DNA of 48,844 nt from Nemertoderma westbladi (Eukaryota > Animalia > Xenacoelomorpha). The translations under genes and the position numbers were made by a program. Location: the NCBI GenBank assembly GCA_032718475.1, contig JAUCBJ010003387.1:1-48844 (forward strand), written 5' to 3'. Below the pieces are notes generated by a model. The model saw nothing but the letters and a program-made list of their open reading frames with translations, was not told the DNA's origin and did no database searches. This document shows, piece after piece, positions 26,201 to 37,292 of this stretch (positions within the stretch are counted from its first letter, which is position 1; each line of letters starts with the position of its first letter).

Positions 26201-27278
26201 TAATTATTTCAGGCTCATCAACTATCGTAGGGAGTCTTTTGACCTTAATAATTTGGTCTGTGGGTTCTGTACTACCTAAGTCTGTGCTAGCTAGTTGTCT
26301 TCTAACAGCTGGGGGCAAATCAGGCAATTTGTGACGGTGAGATGTTTTTCTACGCCTGCTTAGACGAGATCTATTTCCTCCGCCTTCAGGATCGGTGGTC
26401 TCGCCTTCTTCCGATGATGTGTATTCTTGGCGTTTGGGAGTAGATCGACTCATCATCTGCATTTGACTAGCAGTTAACTGTTTATTTATGTTGTCTTGCG
26501 TCTCTTGCAGATTTTCCAACTCCAGTTGGGTAGTCTCCTCAGACGCTCTCCGTTCTGCTTCTGCCACTGCCCTTGCCTCTGCTACTGCTGCTGCCTTTCG
26601 ATCCTCTATCCGTCTTTTCTTTACTTGTTCTTCCTGGACTCTAGCGAGGCGGAGTTTTTCATCAAATTTAGCTTGGTTCGCAGCTAACATTTCCGCATCG
26701 ATTGCGTCCAACACAAGCTTGGTTCCTTCACCATTAGGGCGAAGTCCAGACAGTCGTCTCCTCAACTCTTCGTCTCCTAGGAATCGCTGATAGTCTGACA
26801 GATAAATATCAATAGCGTCTCTCTTTCGCGGCTCCCCCGCTGTCACTTCGCTTTCTTCTTGAGAAGAAGTGGCGTCGGTTGATTCTTCAAAGGTTGGCCG
26901 CTCATCATAAACCGTATCCGCCATCTTCGCTCCGCGTTTGGGCGTCCGCTCAACAGTATCTGAACTACTGGAGCTATCGGGCCACTGAGAACTAGGTTCT
27001 TGGCTAGGAGGTTGCTGCTGTTTGATAGCTGCTTCTTGCTCCCGCTTGACTTGGGCCCGAGTGCCGATGATAGACCTACGCTGTTCTACTAGCCTAGGGT
27101 CTGACACTACTACTGTAGGGATGGCCTTTCTTACAATAGTAGGTGACTTAGACTTGGATCTAGGATGTTCTATACTTTGATCTTGGTCACAGATCCTTTT
27201 AATACGCTGTCTAAGTCTAATACTCATTCTAACACTTTCTAAGAGACTATCTGACAGTGATTGGGTTGCGTCTGACAT
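23259..27278 (-). pseudogene. BEL/Pao gag-protease(-RNase H tip) polyprotein, 1340 codons with one in-frame TAA (25293-25295); RT and integrase absent
   Basis: The two track ORFs are in the same frame, with 27 open codons between them. Present: DUF1759-type Gag (KFNGDEMKWLSF...LSNGEKLRFL...RYGN), three zinc knuckles (CALCDGPHRLSVC, CYNCLRQGHQRRTC, CAKCGAKHHILLH), protease ALLDSGS...ILIG...TRVGW, then directly WRHCLGTINPADIASRG. Confidence 0.9.
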
Positions 27279-27409
27279 GTTTGTTTGTACAGTTGAATGC
27301 CTACTGCTATATTACAGTTAAAGCAAGTCTAGTAATTCAGTATCACTGTTAGCCTAATAATTAATTACCGATACTGCTACTCAGTGTAGCGTGATATATA
27401 TAATATATT

Positions 27410-27665
27410 AGAATACCGGTATGCTTATAGTAGATATATAAGTATTATTACAGACTAGATTTGTCACAGAATACCGGTATATAATTTTAGCACAAATATA
27501 TATAAATATATAATAGGCCTATCGTGAATACCGGTATACAGCTGACACTTATATTATATATAAGTATAATTATTACAGACTAGAATTAATTACAGAATAC
27601 CGGTATGATTTCAGCCTAAATTTATAGAATAAATATAATAAGCCTATTGTAAATACCGGTATGTT
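27410..27665. repeat. Degenerate about 60/125-bp tandem repeat in the 5' leader
   Basis: (G/A)AATACCGGTAT recurs at about 27410, 27469, 27526, 27595 and 27651. Confidence 0.65.
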
Positions 27666-28616
27666 AATTATTTTAAAAATAATTGAATTTCTGAATGTTA
27701 GGGGTTACTTGGTTACTTTACTTACTTTATTACCGTTATTTGAGCAGTAGTCCAACTGATATTAAGACCTAAGTGTTGTATAACAGGCCTACTATTTTAT
27801 TAATAGATTTAGTGGATTTATATGTACCCGTATGAGGGGTTTTGTTACAATATTGAAATAGATGTTATTATTTCTGGGAAGTAGTCACTACACAAAGGCT
27901 GTGCGCTCTCAGTGAAGTGCTACTTATTGGACACTAAAACAAATAATTCTACTTCCTAAGTTACTTATCTACGAATTACTTACAATACGGGTGAGATTAA
28001 ATCTCTAATTAAACACAACAAAAATATTACGTACGAAATTTTAGGGTAATTTTACAGGGAACTACAAACCAGTCTAACAGAGTGTTAGATTTTCTGGTTA
28101 TTACAACGGACAGGATACTACGGTATTTGAAAATAATAAGTAGTAGTAAATACACTGCGTTGTCCAGATAGGAAAATACCACCGTCTAACGACCTGTATC
28201 ACGGAGTGTCCCTACCTAGAAGTTAATTACCGCGGTCTACCAGAACCAACGTGCCTATTAACCACTTTACAACACAAATATACTGCCTACACACTAATTA
28301 CCTTCGGAAAGCACTGTACACTAAACCCTAAATTAGGTACAAGTACTGGTACAACAGATAACTAGCAGTTAAATATACTTGAACAGTTAAAAGAACCACG
28401 GCATCTGCTGGAGTGACCAGAGCACAAAATCTCCGGTCTTTACCTACGCCAAGCAGCCCGTGTAGTACCGGGGTTAATTTAACTATAACGGTATGTATAA
28501 CAAGCACAATTACTGTAGGAATAAACTAGGGGACATGAATGTTGCGAATAATCGCATAAACTCTGAATAATAAATATTACGCTACCCGTACAGAATACTC
28601 AAACAAAATACAAACC

Positions 28617-29143
28617 AAACGCTGGCAGACTACTATCAAGCCTAAATAAACTACAGTATGTGCAGATTCCAAAATGGTTAGTTAGTATGCGTTCTAACAC
28701 GGTAGTACGACTTATTCTTTTGGAGGGGGTTGACCTTACAACTCAAGATGCCCCAACTTACTAACTGGCACTTTATCGGACAGACTCTACACACACCGCA
28801 ATCTCTCCAGACCCAACAACAGTCAGACAACAATCCGGCCTACAAAATATCTGAGTAATAACTATTACGGTACCTGAACAGACCACACAAACAAACACAG
28901 GCTAAAACGCTGGCAGACTACTATCAAGCCTAAATAAACTACAGTACATGCAGATTCCAAAATGGTTAGTTAGTATGCGTTCTAACACGGTAGTACGACT
29001 TATTCTTTAGGTGGGGATTGACCTTACAGCTCTGGCTGCCCCTACTTCCTAACCGTACTTTATCGGACATACACTCTACATGCACTGCAATCCGTTCAGA
29101 CCTAACAACAGTCAGAACAACAGTCCAGCCTACAAATTATCTG
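28617..29143. repeat. Two direct repeats, 288-bp period, in the 5' leader
   Basis: AAACGCTGGCAGACTACTATCAAGCCTAAATAAACTACAGTA... starts at 28617 and at 28905. Confidence 0.85.
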
Positions 29144-29485
29144 TACAATCTGAGCAGGGTTACACGCCTTCTGCTCAATATTATCCTACTAGTAAATAAG
29201 ACTGACAGAAATAGACCTAAGTAAAATCCCAATAAAAACCAGGCGTCCCCGATTTAATATCGAGACCTACCGGTATATAATTATCAAAATCGAATAATAC
29301 TGCTGTACCTGTACTGCTGTAAGTACCGGTCCGGATGATCAGGCAGTCAGGCCTACAGATTACCAGTCGACCGGTACTTTAGTCTTGATCGCTTACGCCG
29401 CAATCAAGATCCTTCCAATGGTTATTGTTCTTACCAGAACAATATTAAACTGTATTTATTGCCTACACTGCAATCAAGAATTTTA

Positions 29486-29496
29486 CAAACGGTTAT
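29486..29496 (-). promoter_or_regulatory. Non-tRNA primer-binding site candidate (ATAACCGTTTG), complementary to LTR 30277-30287
   Basis: It abuts the 5' LTR with no gap, lacks the TGG start of a tRNA PBS, and has an exact 11-nt reverse complement inside both LTRs. Confidence 0.6.
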
Positions 29497-30760
29497 TGTT
29501 CGCGCTTTTAAGACCTTTGGCAGTTTAACCCGCCGAATCTATATGTCTTCTAGGTTATAAATCTACTCCAGCCTATGACAAGTATTGAACACCTATAATA
29601 ATTCTAACATTAGCCAAAGCCAGTCTGTGCGCGACCATTCACCCGCTAGATATACCCGGGAGACTGGATTTGGATGCTTTAATTTGATTGCGGTGCAGGC
29701 CTACCGTACTATTCGATTGATCGTTAATATATAATCTCTGATAAATATTGTTCACTTTCGGGAAATATTAGCAGTTCCTTTAGGACGTGGCGCTCTATCT
29801 ATTTAAACAGCGAGCTATGACTTACACTATACACAACGGTATGTCTTATAGATCACCAAAGTGCATTCTTTAGGAAATGCTTTGTTACTCGGTCAAGCAC
29901 ACACAGACTATTGCACACAACTGCACACTGAATTGCCGACATTCACTGATTTTAATCATATATAAAGAGAATAAGAACCGACATTTGTAGGGCCTATTAA
30001 GTAGCATTGAACTCACTACAAACCACGATAATGTATGTCGCAAATTGTTATATGTAACCGGTCTCTCTAACCTTAGTGTATCAAGAAGATTGGGTTTTCG
30101 GATCGTTATCAATATTCTTCCCAATAATAATATGTAAACGAACGATACAATTAACAACACAGTAAATAGCAGTAAATAATGCGGCGAAAAGCAGTTTACG
30201 TCAGGGTGCTTAATCAGATGCCGAGGTGCAAAACCGTGGTGCTGTATCAAAACCGAGACCGAGGTGCAAAACCGAGATAACCGTTTGATGATCTTATAAT
30301 TAAAGACGCTCTAATGTCAGAAAACATTCCCCGGCCGGTGTTCTAGGCGTGGGGGAAACGTCAGTACTGAATCCTGTAATTCTGCTGTACAGTTTTTACA
30401 CAAAGGGGGAAACTCTGATTGGTCGAATGGCAAAAAGCTCCACGTGGATACAGCTGATAGATGTCGTCATTTTGAGCTGAGCAGAACAAAGAACGTACCA
30501 AGGCAAGGCTCCGGGCAAGCTACACGTGTAAAGCTCAGCCGTTAGCTGTCGTCATAGTAACGACACTGTTTCAAGAGGATCTAGGGCGTTGCGTCATAGA
30601 ATTGCTAATTATGTCCTCTAAAGTACACATACAGAAGAAATAGCTTTTATGTCCCCTAAAAACACCGGTACAGCAATGACACGGCCTTTTATGCCTGCTA
30701 AACCAACTACCGAGTACTTTACGGGGAAAATAACCGGGCAATTCCGCAAAAGCTTTTACA
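29497..30760 (-). repeat. 5' LTR (1264 bp)
   Basis: The minus strand reads TGTAAAAGC...GCGCGAACA. It contains a CCAAT box (about 30418-30422) and TATAAG (about 30293-30298). Confidence 0.95.
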
Positions 30761-31103
30761 CACTTTACCAAATCAGGGAAAGGAGCAGGTTACAGAGACG
30801 GGATTTTCTAACCAAAACAATAACAGAATAAACGATAACATTACCAATTGAGAGAAAGGAGCAGGTTACAGAGGCGGGATTTCCTAACCAAAACAATAAA
30901 CGATCACTTAATTAATAGAGGGAAAGGGGCAGGTTACAGAGGCGGGATTTTCTAACCAAACAAGAAACAGTCACTTTACAAAATGAAGGAAAGGAGCAGG
31001 TTACATAGGCGGGCCTTTCTAACCAAAACAATAAACGGTCACTTTACCAAATCAGGCAAAGGAGCAGGTTACAGATGAGGCGGGATTTTCTAACCAAAAC
31101 AAC
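30761..31103 (+). repeat. About 59-bp minisatellite, right part
   Basis: About 6 units. Removing the element restores the unit sequence CAGTCACTTTACCAAATCAGGGAAAGG. Confidence 0.9.
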
Positions 31104-32024
31104 CGGTCAGCCGGTAGGCCTACCAGTACCATTTAAATGGTAGGCTACACAGTCAGACAGTAGGCCTACAGCAGTACCGGTGCCGGTAGCGGTACTAAAA
31201 TACAGAAATGCCTGCTTTATACAGTTATACCTACATCTGTACATACAATGCAGCAAAATAGTGCTATATATACTAATACCGGTACTGATAGCCTGAGAGA
31301 ACAGCAGTAGAGAAACCGGTAGCATGGAACCTAACATTAGATTTTTGGAGGACATAAAAAATAAAAAAAAGGACAAAAAAAGGATTTAAACGGACAATAA
31401 AAATTATTGCTTTAAAAATTTGCACCACCATACAGCCATATGGGCCTACAGAGCTGGTACCGTTCAGTACTGCGCCTTCTACTGCTGTACTGTACACTGT
31501 GCAACTACAGAACTACGCCAACCTTCAGACCTTCTGCTGTTGGGATAAACTTACAGACTTATCCACGCACAGACGCGTATGCCGTACGTATCCACGTACG
31601 GTATTCAGTCTGTCAGTATTTCAGTATTTGTGTACGGGTACATATCCACGTAGGCCCTATCTATATTCTATATACATGATATATATCTGTATAATACTGA
31701 ATTACATTCAGACATTGAGCGATTTCACATACGCGTAGACGAATACTGTTTCCTGATTGGTCCAGATGAGATACGAGATAAATGTCATGCAAAATGCTTA
31801 GGCCTAAGTCTGTCGCCGGTAGTTAACGCCTTAACGGTGTTTGTACAGCAGTACGAGTACAGTGCTGCAGTGGTATAGTTCAGTAGTTATTGCAGTGCAC
31901 AGTGCAGTATTGGTATGGCCTGACGGCAGTGCGGTACCTTTTTGTACTGATTTGAATACAGAATGATTGATAGACAGATAGACCCTACTTCAGTACTGAT
32001 CTAAGGCTAAGCACCAGTGCACAG

Positions 32025-33394
32025 TAGGGCGGTGCGTTTTTTACTTTTTTTTCGATTTCATTGTTCTACCGGTGCACAAAAGTTGCCAAAATGCCAAATG
32101 GTAAAAAAATAAGGCAAAAAAAATTTCTTTAAATTTCGTCTATATCTTCACGGATCCCAAGAGGGTTGAAATTTTGTGCCATCGCGATGCACCATAATGA
32201 AATGTATAACAATATAACACATTGATGAAAGATCAATGACTCAAAAAAAAAACTTCCTGCATGCATCAAATGTCATCAAATGGGTCCAAACTTAGTTAGA
32301 TACCAAAATTTTAATTTTTGGGTCAAGGGAACTAGTGCCACAGGCACATGGCCAGAACCTACCATTTGGCACAAGCAATGATTATTCTCAATTTTCGCGA
32401 TGGCCAACTTTGAGTTCTCCTACTGCATTCATATTATGCTCATTAGAACTGCAATGACCGATTTAGTGGGGGTAGACACCTTCAAAACAAACATAGAGCT
32501 TATAGTTCTTGAGATATCGCAGAAAATGTGAAGTACGGCACAAGTCTACATTACCGCCTTGATGTGATATGGACAAATACACTATAAATGATATTTTGAA
32601 TTATCTCAAGGAATCAAGAATAGACACATCACAGAAATGATCGATATAGTGGGTGAAGACACCTTCAAAATAAGAGTAGAGTCATTAGTTCTTGAGTTAT
32701 TTTACAAAATGTCAAGACTATGTCCACCAATTACTACTTGATATTGAGTTGACCCATTCCACACATTTTGTACAAAAACTATAGTGAATTAATCACTACT
32801 CTTTAATTTTGAAGGTCTCTGTATATACTAAATCAATTTGTTGCAGTGATATGTATATTTTTGATGCCTTAAGATAAATAGAAGTAACATTTTTGTGTAT
32901 TTGTCTATAAATCATCAAGGCAGTGATGTTGACTTGTGCCGTACTTAACGTTTTCTGTAATATCTCAAGAACTATACGCTCTATGCTTGTTTTGATGGTG
33001 TCTACCCCCACTAAATCGGTCATTGCGGTTCTAATGAGCATAATAATAATGCCGTAGGAGAACTAAATGTTGTCCATCACCAAAATTGAGAATAATCATC
33101 ACTTGCGCCAAAGAGTAGGTTCTGGTCATGTGCCTGTGGCACTACTTCCCTTGTTCCAAAAATTAAAATTTTGGTATCTAACTAAGTTTGGACCCATTTG
33201 ATGACATTTTGATGCATGCAGGAAGTTCTTTTTTGAGTCATTGATCTTTCATCAATGTGTTATATTCTTATAAATTTCATTATGGTGCATCGCGATGGCT
33301 CAAAATTTCACGCCTTATTTTTTTACCATTTGGCAACTTTTGTGCACTGGTAGAACAATGAAATCGTAGAAAAAGTAAAAAACGCACCGCCCTA
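32025..33394. mobile_element. Second foldback non-autonomous hAT-type transposon
   Basis: TAGGGCGGTGCG...CGCACCGCCCTA termini, TSD GTGCACAG / GTGCGCAG (7/8), and about 540-bp inverted arms. Confidence 0.88.
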
Positions 33395-33608
33395 GTGCGC
33401 AGTTGTCACAGGTAGACCTACTTCTGTTTTCTGTACTTGCAGACTTGCTTTACCTGTTTACTTCACACTCCATCTGTCCATTGCAGCATTGCTGCACTGC
33501 TCCAACACTCTTAGACTTTTCCGGTTTACCTTCTCACCGATCCCGATTCCCTGATTCAGAGAGACAGGTCAGCAGCAGGTAGCAATTCCAGAATTCTGAA
33601 AAGTTAAA

Positions 33609-34958
33609 ATGGCTGGCGAGGGAAAGTTACAACACATGGAGGTTGATTATTCTGACACGGTGGATGCAACGCTACCACAATGTGAAGAAATGACAGCTCG
33701 CGGTAAACTGAACGATGCTATAGAGGAATTACAATCGCTGGAAAAGAAAACCCGATTAGGTGGAGACATGCCCTCGACATCGCGAATCCTCGTCGCCATA
33801 GTGAAACTATGTCGGCAACGCAACGAATGGGACCTATTGAACGAGCAGCTGGTAAAACTCAGCAAAAAGCGAAGCCAAATTAAGCAATCCGTTACGAAGA
33901 TGGTCCAAGCGGGGTGCAGTTACGTGGACGAAACGCCGACGGCAGAAGTCCGACTCAGACTAATACAGACTCTACTAACCATTACAGAAGGGAAAATCTA
34001 CGTTGAGATCGAACGCGCTAGATTAACTCGGACTCTCGCGGAGATTAAAGAACGAGAAGGCGACATTGATACGGCGGCGGAAGTACTGCACGAACTACAA
34101 GTGGAGACCTTCGGATCCATGGAGAAGCGGGAGAAAACCGAGTTCCTACTGGAACAGATGCGGCTGTGTTTAGCGAAGAAGGATTTCATACGAACCGGAA
34201 TAATTTCGAACAAAATTTCCACGAAAGTCTTCCAGACCGCGGACATGCGAGATCTGAAGCTCAAGTACTACCGTCTCATGATTGAGCACGGTCTACACGA
34301 GGACAGCTTCCTCAAGGTCTCCACTTACTATTACCACGTCTTCAGCACTTTTGTCGACAGCGGAGAGGCGGACAAAGCCAGGGATACATTGAAGTGCGTC
34401 ATTCTCTTCTGTGTGTTGGCACCGTACGACAACGAACAACGCGATCTAACGCATCGCGTTAAAGAGTTGAAGCAGACGGAGGAGTTACTTACCTCATACC
34501 GGGAGATTCTAGAGTTGTTCGTGAAACCGGAGTTGATAGTGTGGCGCGACGCGTCCACAATGCATGGTCCATCACTCCGGTCGGATCCGTCGGCGCCGAA
34601 CGTGTTCGACGGATCGGAGGCCGGTGAGACGCGCTGGCGGAAGTTGCACGACCGCGTTGTGGAGCACAACATCCGGGTGCTCGCCGCGTGTTACACGCGA
34701 GTGCGGCTGGACCGCATGGCTAAACTCCTGGACCTCGGGGTGGACCGCGCGGAGGAGTTCCTCTCCGAACTGGTGGTCGCCAAGACGATCTACGCGCGGT
34801 TGGATCGACTCGACGGGGTCGTTGTGTTCCAGCGTCCTAAAGATCCCGCCACCGTGCTCAATCAGTGGTCCGACGATCTAAACATCTTGATGGCTCATCT
34901 CAATAAGATAACTCATTTGGTCAACAAAGAGGAGATGGTTCACAGACCAATCCCATAA
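33609..34958 (+). CDS. PSMD12: 26S proteasome non-ATPase regulatory subunit 12 (Rpn5), 449 aa, single exon
   Basis: Motifs LEKKTR, ITEGKIYVEIERARLT, LQVETFGSMEKREK and the PCI-domain RVVEHNIRV, ending VNKEEMVH. Confidence 0.97.
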   Translation: MAGEGKLQHMEVDYSDTVDATLPQCEEMTARGKLNDAIEELQSLEKKTRLGGDMPSTSRILVAIVKLCRQRNEWDLLNEQLVKLSKKRSQIKQSVTKMVQAGCSYVDETPTAEVRLRLIQTLLTITEGKIYVEIERARLTRTLAEIKEREGDIDTAAEVLHELQVETFGSMEKREKTEFLLEQMRLCLAKKDFIRTGIISNKISTKVFQTADMRDLKLKYYRLMIEHGLHEDSFLKVSTYYYHVFSTFVDSGEADKARDTLKCVILFCVLAPYDNEQRDLTHRVKELKQTEELLTSYREILELFVKPELIVWRDASTMHGPSLRSDPSAPNVFDGSEAGETRWRKLHDRVVEHNIRVLAACYTRVRLDRMAKLLDLGVDRAEEFLSELVVAKTIYARLDRLDGVVVFQRPKDPATVLNQWSDDLNILMAHLNKITHLVNKEEMVHRPIP

Positions 34959-35868
34959 CTAATACTCTATTGCGCGTCTAGTTGTAACGAACTGTTAATA
35001 TAAAGTAGATGAAACATGTAATAAATAATTAACATCAGAATACACTATTATTTTCAGTTTATTTTTCCCTTCTTTCTTGGAAATTAAAAGCGCTAAAAAT
35101 ATATATATTTTTTGTTATGATTGAATTATGTTCGATGTTGACATCTCTTGTTCTTACGGCACATAAACACATAAGCTGTTTTCTGTCTCCTGTCCAGTCT
35201 GAGAACCATAAATGTGTTTTAAGAAACAATATAAATAAACAATATTAATCAACGGGTCGTTATATTAAAGAGAATAATAAATATTTAATAATATTTTGTG
35301 TGTAAGCTATAATTTATTATAGTTATATAGCAACTATAATTATAACTTGTTATCTCTGGCCGTTCCCGAGTGCCAATATATAAAATGTGCAAATATATAA
35401 ACGTGATGGAGAAAGTGGGTGAGTGAAATTTTAATTATAAAATATTGTCTCAATGAAATATTTTAATATTATGAAAAAAATATTGAAAAGGGCCTTCTTG
35501 AGATAAGGATATGTTATGTTATCCACAATGTTTGAAGGGACTCCATTTTGAACATGGCCATATTGGCATTGGGCATCCCGGCATATCCTAGATGACGTAA
35601 CCGGTAACATAGTCATGTTTACAACCCCCCCCCCCCCCAGGCCCACCCCCTCACCTTGTTACATTGCGATTGAGGCCGCCACCCCCTACCCCATTATTTT
35701 AAAATAAGGAATTCTTAGAACTATTGAACGTTAAAGCATTAACGTTGGGACTTCTCAAAATTATAATGTGTTACAAATATTACGCTGATAAATCTTTTAG
35801 ATCTCCACACATTTTCATTGAAAATAAATAATGGCAGGAATTACGCACAAAGTGGCGAACCAAAAACT

Positions 35869-35901
<33 letters not shown>

Positions 35902-36080
35902 TTCACATGGGCCCCTCCTTACGGGGCTCCAACCAACGACCCCTGCAACAAGAGATGGGATTCAAGAGATTGAATTTAACCAATACGCCTTTGTGTGATT
36001 GAATACAATAAATACGATACGATTCAAATATCGTTTTTATTCTTATAGGTTATTAAATTCGTTTTTATTATATGCGGCAT

Positions 36081-37292
36081 TCACAGAGTCAATAAAAGAA
36101 AGGTGATGAAATAAATTGCTGATATAACACAATATGTTAAAGGGAAAAACCATCTCGAGAACTTATCAACATCAACGGCAGATATATTGCCTGTGTTATA
36201 GTTTGTGTTACCATCAGAACGTAGGTTAAGTTGACATACAACAGTGAATTCGAACAAAGTACCGAAAACAAACACCATGCCAATCATAAAATACGCGTCT
36301 AAGGCCTTTATATAAGAGACATCGGGGAAGTGGCTGTAGGAACTGACAGTAACAGTTAGTAGAGATAGTATGGTTGTAATTGATAATGCCGCCCTTGCTG
36401 GGGTCGCCCTAGTATCAACCCAGAACCCGCTCCAAGACATTGCAACGATCAGATTGAGTGGAATGTAAGCCTTGATTACATAAGCAGCTGTAACTCTTCT
36501 TAGCTCGATGTATACGTCAAGTTGAGAGTAATAATCGTGAGCGACTGTTTTCGTAAAAGTTACAGAATCAGAGGTTAAACTGTAATGAGTAGACAAGTCA
36601 ATATATTCGTTGACGATTTCCGCGCCAGGGTTCGAGTTGGTCAGCGCGAAGAAGTCGAATACTACGTCTCGTTCAGGGTAACTGTAGCTTTGGAAGGTTA
36701 TTGGACAAGTCTGAATGTCCAGAGGAAAATAAGTCAAGTTGAAAGTACAGGAAACATGGGTGCTTACTCTGGTGGACAGATGGACCGTACCATTCGGCCA
36801 CAGAACAAGCTGCTGAGGCCTCTGATCGCTAAGAACTTGGCTCTTAAATTCGTTTGTTACATGTAAATCTGGAGTCCATATCAATCTCTCGAAGCTTGGA
36901 TTCAAGGTTATTGATTCAGTTCGCGTTGAGAATTCGTTTGTAAAATCTAGTCGTTTGTCGATCCATATCATGCGAACGTAGAGGACAGACTTGAAGGTCA
37001 TGGAGTGGTCTTCGACGTTGTTAACGTTGTATACTCCTATGTTTACACCAACATTAACAGCCGAGTCCCCACCAGCTCTCTGTAACATATAGCCGCTGTG
37101 CTGGGACTTAACCCTTTCTGTGATAATATCTACTACTTCTTTATCAGTGGCCCCGCTATCGGCCACTGAAAGAGTTAATACAAATATATAACATGAATAA
37201 ATAACAATGCAATACTGTTTAGCGAAATTTAATAACATTGTTGAAAAATAAGAACATATAAGTTTGGTGATACCGTGATTTATAACTTTCAT
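36081..37292 (-). CDS. Anion-selective Cys-loop receptor subunit (GABA/glycine receptor-like), single exon
   Basis: Signal-peptide-like stretch, WTPD, Cys-loop CTFNLTYFPLDIQTC, M1 MSWSGFWV, PAR motif before M2, SYIKALDAY and a C-terminal M4. The true start may be the second ATG (37238). Confidence 0.92.
   Translation of the reverse strand: MKVINHGITKLICSYFSTMLLNFAKQYCIVIYSCYIFVLTLSVADSGATDKEVVDIITERVKSQHSGYMLQRAGGDSAVNVGVNIGVYNVNNVEDHSMTFKSVLYVRMIWIDKRLDFTNEFSTRTESITLNPSFERLIWTPDLHVTNEFKSQVLSDQRPQQLVLWPNGTVHLSTRVSTHVSCTFNLTYFPLDIQTCPITFQSYSYPERDVVFDFFALTNSNPGAEIVNEYIDLSTHYSLTSDSVTFTKTVAHDYYSQLDVYIELRRVTAAYVIKAYIPLNLIVAMSWSGFWVDTRATPARAALSITTILSLLTVTVSSYSHFPDVSYIKALDAYFMIGMVFVFGTLFEFTVVCQLNLRSDGNTNYNTGNISAVDVDKFSRWFFPLTYCVISAIYFITFLLLTL

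Larger units (their letters stand above)
19000..30760 (-). mobile_element. Non-autonomous BEL/Pao LTR retrotransposon with both LTRs (11,761 bp)
   Basis: Two near-identical TGT...ACA LTRs, 5-bp TSD CACTT (18995-18999, 30761-30765), a BEL-type Gag/protease ORF, and PPT-like GGGAGCGG next to the 3' LTR. Confidence 0.95.

Noticed and set aside
29885-30250. 121-aa hydrophobic ORF inside the LTR
   Set aside because: TTG start, low-complexity composition and no recognisable motif; its presence in both LTRs is expected from their identity.
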